Source of the DNA: Acidimicrobiales bacterium
GTDB lineage: Bacteria; Actinomycetota; Acidimicrobiia; Acidimicrobiales; Aldehydirespiratoraceae
Length of the DNA: 64,000 nucleotides
Direction: 5' to 3'
Assembly (NCBI GenBank): GCA_041394245.1
Contig: JAWKIR010000002.1
Location: forward strand, 1,412,305 to 1,476,304
In this document: piece after piece, positions 51,543-61,221 of the stretch
Position numbering within the stretch: position 1 is the first letter of the stretch
Layout of the letters: the number at the start of each line of letters is the position of its first letter
Translations under genes and position numbers: made by a program
Notes under the pieces: model-generated
What the model was told of the DNA's origin: nothing
The model's input: only the letters and a program-made list of their open reading frames with translations
The model's database searches: none

Positions 51543-53275
51543 GTCGGGGCCTCCTGACGAAGCTGCGAGTCCACGATCTCGGCATAGGTCGGGCAGGTCG
51601 TGAGCAGCGTCTCGTGCGTGCCGATCCCGACGACCTCGCCCGCTTCCAGGACGATCGTCTGGTCGGCGTCGATCACCGTCGAGATGCGCTGGGCGACGAT
51701 GATGACCGTCGCATCGCGGGTCGTCTCCTTCAGCGCCTCGCGCAGCCTCGCCGCGGTGACCACGTCGAGCGCCGAGAACGAGTCGTCGAAGACGTAGACC
51801 TCCGGGCGAACGATCAGCGCCCGGGCGATCGCCAACCGCTGGCGCTGGCCGCCCGAGAGGTTCGCGGCCCCCTGCTGCACCGGCGCGTCGAGTCCGTCCG
51901 GAAGTGCCCGCACGAAGTCGGCCGCCTGCGCAGTCTCGAGGGCGGCCCACATCTCGGCGTCGGTGGCGTCGGGTCGAGCGAAACGGAGGTTGGAGGCGAT
52001 GGTTCCGGAGAACAGGAACGGCCGCTGAGGAACGAAGCTGACGGTGGCGGCGAGCAGGTCGGCGTCGATGTCGCGCACATCGTGGCCGTTGATGCGCACG
52101 GTCCCCTCGGTCGTGTCGAACAGGCGAGGGACGAGACCGACCAGCGTCGACTTGCCGGCACCGGTGCTCCCGAGGATCGCCGTCGTCTGACCGGCCTCCG
52201 CCCGGAATCCGATCCCGTCGAGGACGGGCTTCTCGGCACCGAAGTACTGGAACCCCACACCGTCGAACTCGACGACCGCTCGCTGGGTGAACGCGGTGAC
52301 CGGCGCGGTCGACGCAGGCAAGGAGCTCGAGACCCCGAGCGTCTCGACGATGCGATCGGCGGCCACCGCGGCGCGGGGAATCATCGACAGCATGAAGGTG
52401 GCCATGACGATCGCCATGAGGATCTGGACGAGGTAGCTGAGGTAGGCGACCAGCGAGCCCAACTGCATCGTGCCGGCGTCGATCCGGTCGGCCCCGACCC
52501 ACAGCACGGCGATGCTGGCCATGTTGATCGTCAACATCACCGTGGGGAACATCCCGGCCATGATCCGCCCCGCCCGCAGCGACGCATCGGTCAGATCCTC
52601 GTTGGCCGCCGCGAAGCGGACCGACTCCTCGCGCTCGCGCACGAACGCTCTGACCACCCGGACGCCGGTGATCTGCTCCCGTACGACCAGGTTGATCCGG
52701 TCGATGTAGGTCTGCATCCGCTGGAACGCGGGCACCATGCGAGAGACGAGGAACCCGAGCACGACCACGGCGGCCGGCATGCTCACCATCAGCACCGGCG
52801 AGAGTCCCGGCTCTTCGCGCACGGCCATGATCACGCCGACGATCATCGTCATCGGCGCGGCGATCATCATCGTGCACACCAGCACCACCAGGGTCTGCAC
52901 CTGCTGCACGTCGTTGGTGATACGGGTGATGAGTGTCGGTGCGCCGAAGTGACCGACCTCGCGAGCCGAGAACGACATGACCTTGTCGAAGAGGTCGCGG
53001 CGGACGTCACGCCCGAAGGCCATCGCGGCGCGGGCGCCGAACCAGACCGCCCCGATCGAGAAGACGATCTGCAGGAGCGAGAACCCGACCATGACCGCAC
53101 CGGTTCGGCGGATGAAGTCGTTGTCGCCGGCCAGGACGCCCTGGTCGATGATCGACGCGTTGAGGGTGGGCAGCACGAGCGCGGCAGTGGTCTGCACCGC
53201 CTGCAGCACGACGACGATCGCCATGATGTTCCGGTACGGGCCGAGATGACTCCGCAACAGCCGCAGCAGACTCAT
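51539..53275 (-). CDS. ABC exporter, fused permease/ATPase (heterodimer partner 1)
   Basis: Start MSLLRLL behind GGAAGGGGGGG. GSTGAGKST, LSGGQRQR, VYVFDDSFS. ATGA overlap with partner 2. Confidence 0.85.
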   Translation of the reverse strand: MSLLRLLRSHLGPYRNIMAIVVVLQAVQTTAALVLPTLNASIIDQGVLAGDNDFIRRTGAVMVGFSLLQIVFSIGAVWFGARAAMAFGRDVRRDLFDKVMSFSAREVGHFGAPTLITRITNDVQQVQTLVVLVCTMMIAAPMTMIVGVIMAVREEPGLSPVLMVSMPAAVVVLGFLVSRMVPAFQRMQTYIDRINLVVREQITGVRVVRAFVREREESVRFAAANEDLTDASLRAGRIMAGMFPTVMLTINMASIAVLWVGADRIDAGTMQLGSLVAYLSYLVQILMAIVMATFMLSMIPRAAVAADRIVETLGVSSSLPASTAPVTAFTQRAVVEFDGVGFQYFGAEKPVLDGIGFRAEAGQTTAILGSTGAGKSTLVGLVPRLFDTTEGTVRINGHDVRDIDADLLAATVSFVPQRPFLFSGTIASNLRFARPDATDAEMWAALETAQAADFVRALPDGLDAPVQQGAANLSGGQRQRLAIARALIVRPEVYVFDDSFSALDVVTAARLREALKETTRDATVIIVAQRISTVIDADQTIVLEAGEVVGIGTHETLLTTCPTYAEIVDSQLRQEAPT

Positions 53276-53403
53276 CGTGTTTCGCCCCCCCTTCCGATCA
53301 GCCGACAACAGTTTCTAGCCAGCCGAGACCGCGACCGACGAACTCCGGCGGTCCGCCATCGCGAGGATCGACCAGGGGCCGCGCCGTCACCTACCGTCGA
53401 GTC

Positions 53404-54495
53404 GTGCGAAGATCCTGTTCGGCAATGGTGATGTGCGTGCTTCTGGCATCGGCGTGTTTGAGAACACCGGCCGAGGAAGCGGGGATCGACTTCGGCTACG
53501 CCATCGACCCGGGGCCTCTGGCGACCGACCCGATCTACCAGACGATCGTGCGCAACGATGCCACGATCGTCACCCCCGAGAATCACATGAAGTGGAGCCT
53601 GATCCATCCGGGTCCGAACACCTACGACTTCACCCTGGCCGACCAGATCGTCGCCACCGCCGCAGCGAACGGACAGTCGGTACGGGGCCACACGTTGGTG
53701 TGGCATTCGCAGCTGCCTGCGTGGGTCACCAGCGGCATCTGGACCCGCGAGACGTTGCTCTCCGTGCTCGAGGACCACATCACCACCGTCGTCTCGCACT
53801 ATCGAGACAACTTCCCCGGTGTCGTCACCCAATGGGATGTCGTGAACGAGGCGTTCCACGCCGACGGCACCCGACGAGACACCATCTGGCAGCAGGTGAT
53901 CGGCGACGACTACATCGAGCTGGCCCTGCAGTTCGCGCGAGCCGCCGACCCCGACGCCGAGCTCTACATCAACGACTTCTACGACAATGTGATCGTCGCC
54001 GCCGACAGCCAGTTGAACGGTCTGCCCGCGGGTCCGGGGGCCTCTCCCGACCGCACCGACTGCGCCCTGGTGCCGAAATGTGCGGCGACGCGGACGCTGG
54101 CGACCGACTTCTCGAACCGGGGTGTTCCGATCGACGGCATCGGCTTCCAGGCACATCTGTTCGGCCAGCAGGCCACCGACTATGCGGAGCTGGCGTCGTG
54201 GGTCGGCCCGTTGGGACTCGAGTGGGCGATCACCGAGCTCGATGTCGCGCTCCTGGCCGCCCAGGGCGACGACAACGCGGCTCTGACCGCGCAAGCCGAC
54301 GCCTACGCCAAGGTGGTCGACGCATGCGTCGGTGATCCGGCGTGCGACACGATCGTGCTGTGGGGGGTGAGCGACGCCCACAGTTGGATCCCCGGGACGA
54401 CGTTCGGCCTCCTCGATCACGGCCTGCTGTACGACCACGACAATGTGCCCAAACCGGCGTTGGTGGCCGTCTACGACAGCCTCACGGCCGAGTAG
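53404..54495 (+). CDS. endo-1,4-beta-xylanase, glycoside hydrolase family 10
   Basis: Lipobox-like LLASAC. GHTLVWHSQLP, WDVVNEA (acid/base Glu), ITELDV (nucleophile Glu). Confidence 0.85.
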   Translation: MRRSCSAMVMCVLLASACLRTPAEEAGIDFGYAIDPGPLATDPIYQTIVRNDATIVTPENHMKWSLIHPGPNTYDFTLADQIVATAAANGQSVRGHTLVWHSQLPAWVTSGIWTRETLLSVLEDHITTVVSHYRDNFPGVVTQWDVVNEAFHADGTRRDTIWQQVIGDDYIELALQFARAADPDAELYINDFYDNVIVAADSQLNGLPAGPGASPDRTDCALVPKCAATRTLATDFSNRGVPIDGIGFQAHLFGQQATDYAELASWVGPLGLEWAITELDVALLAAQGDDNAALTAQADAYAKVVDACVGDPACDTIVLWGVSDAHSWIPGTTFGLLDHGLLYDHDNVPKPALVAVYDSLTAE

Positions 54496-54537
54496 CGATC
54501 CACGCCAGGTGGCGCTGCGCCGTGTGGGGCATCGCGC

Positions 54538-55353
54538 TCAGATGCTGATCGTCGCGCCGACGAACTCGACGGTGAACGCCTCGCACCAGACGAGCGCCGT
54601 GTAGGGACCTGCGGCGAGTTCGGTGCCGGGCGCCAGTTCGTAGCTCTGGTCGCCGACATTGCCCTTGAGTGCACCGAGGTGGATCGCACCATCGGCCAGT
54701 GAGGTCTGGTCGGCGCCGGGCACGAGGTACACCTCGAGGTCGGGCCCGTTCTGGATGTCGAAGTTCTCGAATCGCAGCACCAGCGACCCGTCGGGGTTCT
54801 CGAAGATGCCGGCATCGCCCGTTCCCGAATGGCCGGCAAGGCCGACGAACGAGCCCGCACCGAGCAGCGCGGGTCCGTTGGGCGGAGGTGCCTCGGTCGT
54901 CGGCGGGGTCGTGTCGACCGTGGGCTCCTCCTCGATCGACGGGGTCGTGGGAGTCGGATTCGTCGGCGTGGCGGGGGCCGCCGGCTGGTCGGCCGAGGGC
55001 TCGTCGGCCGACGCGAGTTGCTCGGCGATCGATGTCGAGAACGCCTCGTCGACCACATCGTCGATGAAGTAGGGCGAGATCAGCCACCAGTTGACGATCG
55101 CGAACGGCACCAGCAACACGACCAGTCTCACGATCGCCGGGACGCGGTAGCGGAGCATCGCGACGAACGCGATCGCCGCGAGCACCGTGCCGCCGACGGT
55201 GAACAGGATGGTCCGGCCGTTCTCGAACGGGGCCTCGAGGATCTCCGGCTCGATGAGGACCAGCAGGAGCAGGACCGCCGCGACTGCGGCGGCAACGATC
55301 AGTTCCAGGCGGGTGATGCGGCCGACCGTACGGCGAGAGGGTGTCTCGTTCAT
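54538..55353 (-). CDS. DM13-domain membrane protein
   Basis: Three N-terminal TM helices, a Pro/Thr linker, then GSFVGLAGHSGTGDAGIFENPDGSLVLRFENFDIQNGPDLEVYL (DM13-type). Confidence 0.6.
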   Translation of the reverse strand: MNETPSRRTVGRITRLELIVAAAVAAVLLLLVLIEPEILEAPFENGRTILFTVGGTVLAAIAFVAMLRYRVPAIVRLVVLLVPFAIVNWWLISPYFIDDVVDEAFSTSIAEQLASADEPSADQPAAPATPTNPTPTTPSIEEEPTVDTTPPTTEAPPPNGPALLGAGSFVGLAGHSGTGDAGIFENPDGSLVLRFENFDIQNGPDLEVYLVPGADQTSLADGAIHLGALKGNVGDQSYELAPGTELAAGPYTALVWCEAFTVEFVGATISI

Positions 55354-55403
55354 GATGTGAGGTCAACGACCTCCGCACGAGAATCGTTCCCGACGTCGCC
55401 CCG

Positions 55404-57074
55404 TCAGGCGCCCCGCAGGACCACACCGGGCCGGCCCGAGACGTCATCGGGAACCTGCTCGCCGTCCACACGGATGGGCACGCCGTTGACGAGGACGTGT
55501 CGCATCCCGACTGGCGCGTCGGCCGTCAGCCGCTCGCCGGTGGCCGGGAAGTCCCGCACCCGCCGGAGGGGTCCTGGCGCCACGGTCGCCGGATCGAACA
55601 CCACCAGGTCCGCGGCCCGGCCCACCTCGATGACCCCGCGGTCGGCGAGTCCGTAGACCTCGGCGGGCTCCGCAGTGAGCTTGTGGATCGCCCGCTCCAG
55701 CGACATGACCTGACGTTCCCGCACCCAGTTGCCCAGGAGGTCCGTCGCGAAGCAGGCATCGCAGAGCTGGCTGACGTGAGCTCCCGAGTCGGCCAGGCCG
55801 AGCAGCACACCGTCGCGCGGGAGCAGCCAGGCGATCGCGTCCTCGTCGTTGTTCGCCAGCACCGAGCTGAACCGGGTGCGCAGGTCCTCTTCGAGCGAGA
55901 GATCCAGCACGACATCGAGTGGCGTACACCCCCGCTCCTCGGCCAGCTCGACCACGCCCCGGCCGATCAGCTCGGGATGCGCCTCGGACTCGGCAACCGA
56001 CAGCGCCGGCCAGTTCACCGGCAGCGCGCCGGACCGGCCCGACACCTCGTCCCACGCCTCCGCCCGCCACGACGGGTCGGCGTAGGCGGCGATCCGCTCC
56101 TCACGGGAGCCGTCCATGAGCTTCGCGAAGGCCGGCCGCATGTTCATCGTGAACGGCTCCTCCATGTTCATCTGGAAGATCAGCGGGCGACACGACACCT
56201 GCGGCCAGACCTCCACTCCCCCGGCGCGGGCCACGTCGTGCTCGCCGATCACCCCCTCGTGGTAGGGCCGGCCGGCGAACGTGAGCAGCGCGGTCCACGT
56301 GATCGGGCGGCCGATCTCGCGCTGCAGCGCGAACATGTCGTCGTTGGAGAACACCCCGCCCGGCAGGAGGGCGACGACACCCCGACCGGCGGCCCGAAGC
56401 GGCTCCACCAGAGCACGAACTTCGTCCAGGTCGGCGACGCGCGACGGGACCGGCCGGCCACGATCACCGTTGTGCGTCGGCGCAGCCGACGTGGCGAACC
56501 CGATGGCGCCGGCGTCGAGCGCGTCGGCGACGATCCCGCGCATCTCCTCGATCTCGTCGGCGGTCGCCGCCCGCTCGTAGGCGTCGTCGCCCATCACGTA
56601 GAGACGGACCGCGGTGTGACCGACGTAGCAGCCGTAGTTGAGGCCGACCCCGCGGGACTCGACCGCGTCGAGGTACTGGCCGAACGACTCGAACTCGGAC
56701 CACGGCACCCCGACGGTGAGCGTGTCGAGGCTCATGTCCTCGACGTGCTGGAGGGTGCGGCTCAAGATGCCGACGCCCTCGCTCCTTGTCGGCGCGATCG
56801 AGAACCCGCAGTTGCCTGCGACGACGGTGGTGACGCCATGGAACGCCGACGGCGTGAGCCCCGGGTCCCAGAAAACCTGCGCGTCGTAGTGCGTGTGGAT
56901 GTCGATGAACCCCGGGGCGACGACGTGCCCCGACGCATCGAGTTCGCGCTCGCCGTGCAAGTCCGGCCCGACTGCGGCGATGCGTCCCCCGTCGACGGCG
57001 ACGTCGGCGACCCTGCCCGGCGCGCCGGTCCCGTCGACGACGGTTCCGCCTCGGATCACGAGCTCGTACGACAT
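55404..57074 (-). CDS. N-acyl-D-amino-acid deacylase family amidohydrolase (paralogue of 47591-49318)
   Basis: Start MSYELVIRGG behind AAGGGGGA. PGFIDIHTHYD, HGVTTVVAGNCG, GLADSGAH, GRAADLVVFD. Confidence 0.8.
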   Translation of the reverse strand: MSYELVIRGGTVVDGTGAPGRVADVAVDGGRIAAVGPDLHGERELDASGHVVAPGFIDIHTHYDAQVFWDPGLTPSAFHGVTTVVAGNCGFSIAPTRSEGVGILSRTLQHVEDMSLDTLTVGVPWSEFESFGQYLDAVESRGVGLNYGCYVGHTAVRLYVMGDDAYERAATADEIEEMRGIVADALDAGAIGFATSAAPTHNGDRGRPVPSRVADLDEVRALVEPLRAAGRGVVALLPGGVFSNDDMFALQREIGRPITWTALLTFAGRPYHEGVIGEHDVARAGGVEVWPQVSCRPLIFQMNMEEPFTMNMRPAFAKLMDGSREERIAAYADPSWRAEAWDEVSGRSGALPVNWPALSVAESEAHPELIGRGVVELAEERGCTPLDVVLDLSLEEDLRTRFSSVLANNDEDAIAWLLPRDGVLLGLADSGAHVSQLCDACFATDLLGNWVRERQVMSLERAIHKLTAEPAEVYGLADRGVIEVGRAADLVVFDPATVAPGPLRRVRDFPATGERLTADAPVGMRHVLVNGVPIRVDGEQVPDDVSGRPGVVLRGA

Positions 57075-57228
57075 GTCGTCCCCCTTGTGCGACTCGCCGT
57101 AGTGAACCACGTCGCCGGCGCGCTGAACAGCGAGCTCCGCAGGCCCACGCCGGCGGAGACGGTCCGGTGCCGACCCGTCGCCGTACCGTCCGCGAGCTCG
57201 CAGGTCCCGAGGCTCCGACGCGGCCGGC

Positions 57229-58032
57229 TCAGCGGTGGCTGGCCTTGTTGTAGCGGCCGACCGACAGCGGCCCGAACACGGCGACGATGAGCGCAACCCA
57301 GCCGAGGGTGTAGAGCACCGGGTGCTGGAGCGGCCACGCGTCGGGTTCGGGGGTGCCCTCGGGGATGTTGCCGAAGAGCTCGCGGCAGGCCTGCGTGACG
57401 GTCGAGACCGGGTTCCATTCGGCGAACGCCTTCAACGGACCGGGCAGATCGTCGGACGGCACGAAGGTGTTGGCCACGAAGCTGAGCGGAAAGATCACCA
57501 TGAACGAAGCGTTGTTGACGACCTCCACGCTCGGCACGAGCAGCGCCACGTAGGCCATGATCCACGACACCGCGTAGGCGAACAGGAGCAACAGGAAGAT
57601 CCCGAGAACGGCATCGAGGATCGACCCCCGAATGCGCCAGCCGACGGCGAGGCCGGTGACGGCCATGATCAGCAGGGAGAGCAGGTTGTAGACGACGTCG
57701 CTGATGGTGCGCCCGGCCAGCACGGCGGCCCGGGACATCGGCAGCGAGCGGAACCGATCGATGATTCCCTTCTGCATGTCCTCGGCGATACCGGCGCCCG
57801 TGAACGTGGCACCGAACATGACGGTCTGGGCGAAGATGCCGGCGATCAGGAACTCGCGATAGCTGGTCCCTTCGACGGCGATCGAGTTGCCGAACACGTA
57901 GCCGAACAGCAGCACGAACATGACCGGCGACATCAGCACGAACACCATCACCTCGGGCACCCGGGTGATCTTGATCACGTTGCGCTTCGCGATGACCGCG
58001 GTGTCGGCCAACATCCAACGGAGCTGGTTCAT
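57229..58032 (-). CDS. ABC-2 type transporter permease (DrrB-like)
   Basis: Start MNQLRWML. ATGA overlap with the ATPase gene. Six TM segments. Confidence 0.8.
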   Translation of the reverse strand: MNQLRWMLADTAVIAKRNVIKITRVPEVMVFVLMSPVMFVLLFGYVFGNSIAVEGTSYREFLIAGIFAQTVMFGATFTGAGIAEDMQKGIIDRFRSLPMSRAAVLAGRTISDVVYNLLSLLIMAVTGLAVGWRIRGSILDAVLGIFLLLLFAYAVSWIMAYVALLVPSVEVVNNASFMVIFPLSFVANTFVPSDDLPGPLKAFAEWNPVSTVTQACRELFGNIPEGTPEPDAWPLQHPVLYTLGWVALIVAVFGPLSVGRYNKASHR

Positions 58033-59012
58033 CGTGCGTCCTCCGAGCCGTCGTCGGTGCGGGATCCGTTCTCGCCGGCGTGATGACCGGTGAGGGTGAG
58101 GAACACGTCGTCGAGGGTCGGTCGACGCAGCCCGACGTCGCTCACTTCGATGTGCGCCTCGCCGAGACCCTGCAGGGTGCGAGCGAGCGACTCGGCGCCT
58201 CCCGACACCGGCGCCAACAGCCGTCTCGCCGTCTCGGTGACCTCGACGTCGCCCACGGCCACGGTCGTCAACACCGACCGGGCGGTCTCCAGGTCGGCCG
58301 GATCCGCCACGATCACCTCGATGCGTTCGCCGCCGATCCGGGTCTTGAGCTCGTCGGCCGTGCCCTGGGCGATGGCCTGCCCGTGGTCGATCACCACGAT
58401 GTCGTCGGCCAGCTGGTCGGCCTCCTCCATGTACTGCGTGGTGAGCAACAGGGTGGACCCCCGCTCGACCAGCTCGCGGATGATCACCCACAGGTCGATG
58501 CGGCTGCGGGGGTCGAGCCCGGTGGTGGGCTCGTCGAGGAACAGCACGGGCGGCGACGCCACCAGCGCGCCGGCCAGATCGAGGCGGCGCCGCATGCCTC
58601 CCGAGTAGGTCTTCACCGGCCGATCGGCCGCGTCGACCAGGTCGAAGCGTTCGAGGAGTTCGGTGGCCCGGGCCCGCGACGCCTTGGCGCCCATCCGGTA
58701 GAGACGGCCGACCATGTCGAGGTTCTCGTAGCCGGTGAGCACCTCGTCGACCGCGGCGAACTGTCCCGACAGCCCGATCCGTCGCCGCACCTCGTCCGGC
58801 TCCGAGATGAGGTCGGCACCGGCGATGGTGGCCTGCCCCTCGTCGGGCACGAGCAACGTCGACAGGATCGACACCGCGGTGGTCTTGCCCGCGCCGTTGG
58901 GCCCGAGGAGACCCAGCACGGTTCCTTCGGGCACCGTGAGATCCAGCCCGGCCAGTGCGGTCACCTCGCCGTAGCGCTTCACCAGGCCGGTGGCACGGAT
59001 CGCATCAGTCAT
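58029..59012 (-). CDS. ABC transporter ATP-binding protein (DrrA/daunorubicin-resistance type)
   Basis: GPNGAGKTT, YSGGMRRRL, LFLDEPTTGLD, and a C-terminal regulatory extension. Confidence 0.85.
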   Translation of the reverse strand: MTDAIRATGLVKRYGEVTALAGLDLTVPEGTVLGLLGPNGAGKTTAVSILSTLLVPDEGQATIAGADLISEPDEVRRRIGLSGQFAAVDEVLTGYENLDMVGRLYRMGAKASRARATELLERFDLVDAADRPVKTYSGGMRRRLDLAGALVASPPVLFLDEPTTGLDPRSRIDLWVIIRELVERGSTLLLTTQYMEEADQLADDIVVIDHGQAIAQGTADELKTRIGGERIEVIVADPADLETARSVLTTVAVGDVEVTETARRLLAPVSGGAESLARTLQGLGEAHIEVSDVGLRRPTLDDVFLTLTGHHAGENGSRTDDGSEDAR

Positions 59013-59157
59013 CGTTGGTCCTCCGCCGTTCGATCAGAAGAAGAAGGTATCCGGGAGGTGTGACACTCGGCGGAGGTTTCCGGTTCCGGGCCGGGATGCC
59101 CGACCCGCGTCCGTTTGCTACAAAGAGTCCGGGACGACGTCGGGACGAGGGGGACTC

Positions 59158-61158
59158 ATGCGACGGATCGTGGTGCTGCTGTTGGCGTTCGGACTGGTGG
59201 CCACGGCCTGCCATCCGCATCGGGGCGGGCGACACCACCGCGATCCGAAGGACCGCTTCAACGGCACGATCGACCTGACCCTCGATCAGGACACGGCGTG
59301 CGAGTTCATCGGCCACGAGTGTGCGCTGCCGTTCCCGAGCAACCACTTCGCCGACCGGCGGGGCACCTCCGGCCGGATCCACCACGTCGCCATACCCGAG
59401 GTGGCCCTCCCGGTCAACGGTGCCGAAGCATCGGTCGACGCTTCGCGCCTCAACGCCAACGACGGGTTCAGCCCGGGTGCCGCCGCGCTGGCACTTGTCC
59501 CCGGCGTGGACCCCGAGGGATCGGGTCTCGCACCCGTCACCGACATCGCCCGTTCGCTCGATGCCGACTCCGGCAGCGTCGTGCTCGACGCGACCACCGG
59601 TGAGCGCTGGCCGCACTGGGCCGAGCTCGATGCCAATGCGGTCGATCCCGAGCGCCAGGTGCTCTACGTCAGGCCGGCGGAGAACTACCCGAACGGGCAT
59701 CGGATCATCGTCGCCCTGCGCAACCTGGTCGACCACGACGGCGCCCCCATCGAGCCGACCGATGCGTTCCGGGCCTACCGCGATCGCCTCCGCAGCGACG
59801 TGCGCGAGGTGGAGGCCCGCCGACCCGACATGGAGCGCATCTTCGGCGAGCTGGAGCGGGCCGGCGTCGAGCGTGGCGACCTGGTGCTCGCGTGGGAGTT
59901 CACGGTCATCTCGACCGGCGACCTCACCGCTCCACTCCTGCGCATGCGCGACGATGCGTTCCGCCGTCTCGACGGTGGATCGCCCACGTTCACCGTCGAT
60001 CGCGACGAGGTGCCCGCCGGCGCGTCGTACCGCCTGATCGAGGGCACCTACGACGTGCCGCTGTACCTCACCGGCGACGGCACGGCCGGCAACGGGCTCA
60101 ACCTCGACCGCCGGGGACGACCGACCGTCAACGGCTCGTGGTCCGCCGTGTACCGCTGCATGATCCCCGCGGTGGCGACCGGGGAGACGCCGGGCCGGGG
60201 CCTGATCTACGGCCACGGTCTTCTCGGCACGAGGAACCAGGTGACCTCGACCGGCCCCCGCCTGCTGGCCGAGAACCACAACCACGTGGTCTGCGGCACG
60301 GACCTGATCGGCATGGCCGCGGAGGACGTCCCCCACGCGATCAGGGTGCTCGGCGACGCGAGCCTCTTCCCCACCCTGGCCGACCGTCTGCTCCAGGGCC
60401 ACCTCAACACGCTGTTCCTCGGGCGTCTGATGCGCCACGCCGAGGGATTCGCCGCGCACCCTGCGTTCCAGGACGACGCCGGCGCACCCCGCCTCGACAC
60501 CTCCGAGCTCGGCTACTACGGCATCAGCCAGGGCGGGATCATGGGTCCGGTCTCCACCGCCGTCTCGACCGACTGGGACGTCGGCGTGTTCGGCGTGCCG
60601 GGCATGAACTACAGCACGCTGCTCAACCGCAGCGTCGACTTCGACACGTTCCAGCTCGTGCTCAACCCGGCCTACCCCGACAAGGTCGACCAGGCGCTGC
60701 TGTTGGACCTGATGCAGATGCTGTGGGACCGCAGCGAGGGCAACGGCTACGCGGCCTACTTCGACGAGCCGCTCCGCGGTCAGCGGGAGAAGCGGGCCCT
60801 GCTGCACGGGGCGCTGGGCGACCACCAGGTGGCCAATGTCGCGATGGACGTGATGGCCCGCACCATGGGGGCGTCGGTGGTGTGGCCGGCCGTGGCGCAG
60901 GACCGCTCGACCGACGTCGAGCCGTTCTGGGCGATCCCTCGCATCACGTCGTACCCCTTCGCCGGATCCGCCGTCGTGCTGTGGGACACCGGCTCACCCG
61001 TGCCGCCGATCACCAACACTCCCCCTCGCGACGGTGAAGACCCTCACGAGGATCCCCGTCGCCATCTCCCCGCCATCGAACAGATCGACCACTTCCTGCG
61101 GACGGGCGAGGTCATCGACGTGTGCGGCGGGGCACCCTGCGTCGCACCGGCGACCTGA
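59158..61158 (+). CDS. secreted lipoprotein, probable alpha/beta-hydrolase-fold esterase or lipase
   Basis: ATG behind GAGGGGGA. Lipobox LVATAC. GISQGG nucleophile-elbow motif, later GDHQV and EDPH as possible Asp/His triad members. Confidence 0.45.
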   Translation: MRRIVVLLLAFGLVATACHPHRGGRHHRDPKDRFNGTIDLTLDQDTACEFIGHECALPFPSNHFADRRGTSGRIHHVAIPEVALPVNGAEASVDASRLNANDGFSPGAAALALVPGVDPEGSGLAPVTDIARSLDADSGSVVLDATTGERWPHWAELDANAVDPERQVLYVRPAENYPNGHRIIVALRNLVDHDGAPIEPTDAFRAYRDRLRSDVREVEARRPDMERIFGELERAGVERGDLVLAWEFTVISTGDLTAPLLRMRDDAFRRLDGGSPTFTVDRDEVPAGASYRLIEGTYDVPLYLTGDGTAGNGLNLDRRGRPTVNGSWSAVYRCMIPAVATGETPGRGLIYGHGLLGTRNQVTSTGPRLLAENHNHVVCGTDLIGMAAEDVPHAIRVLGDASLFPTLADRLLQGHLNTLFLGRLMRHAEGFAAHPAFQDDAGAPRLDTSELGYYGISQGGIMGPVSTAVSTDWDVGVFGVPGMNYSTLLNRSVDFDTFQLVLNPAYPDKVDQALLLDLMQMLWDRSEGNGYAAYFDEPLRGQREKRALLHGALGDHQVANVAMDVMARTMGASVVWPAVAQDRSTDVEPFWAIPRITSYPFAGSAVVLWDTGSPVPPITNTPPRDGEDPHEDPRRHLPAIEQIDHFLRTGEVIDVCGGAPCVAPAT

Positions 61159-61221
61159 CGCAACCGAGGGCGACGCGGAGGCGGTGCTCATGTAGGGACG
61201 GCCGGCGCCGACTGGGAACCG

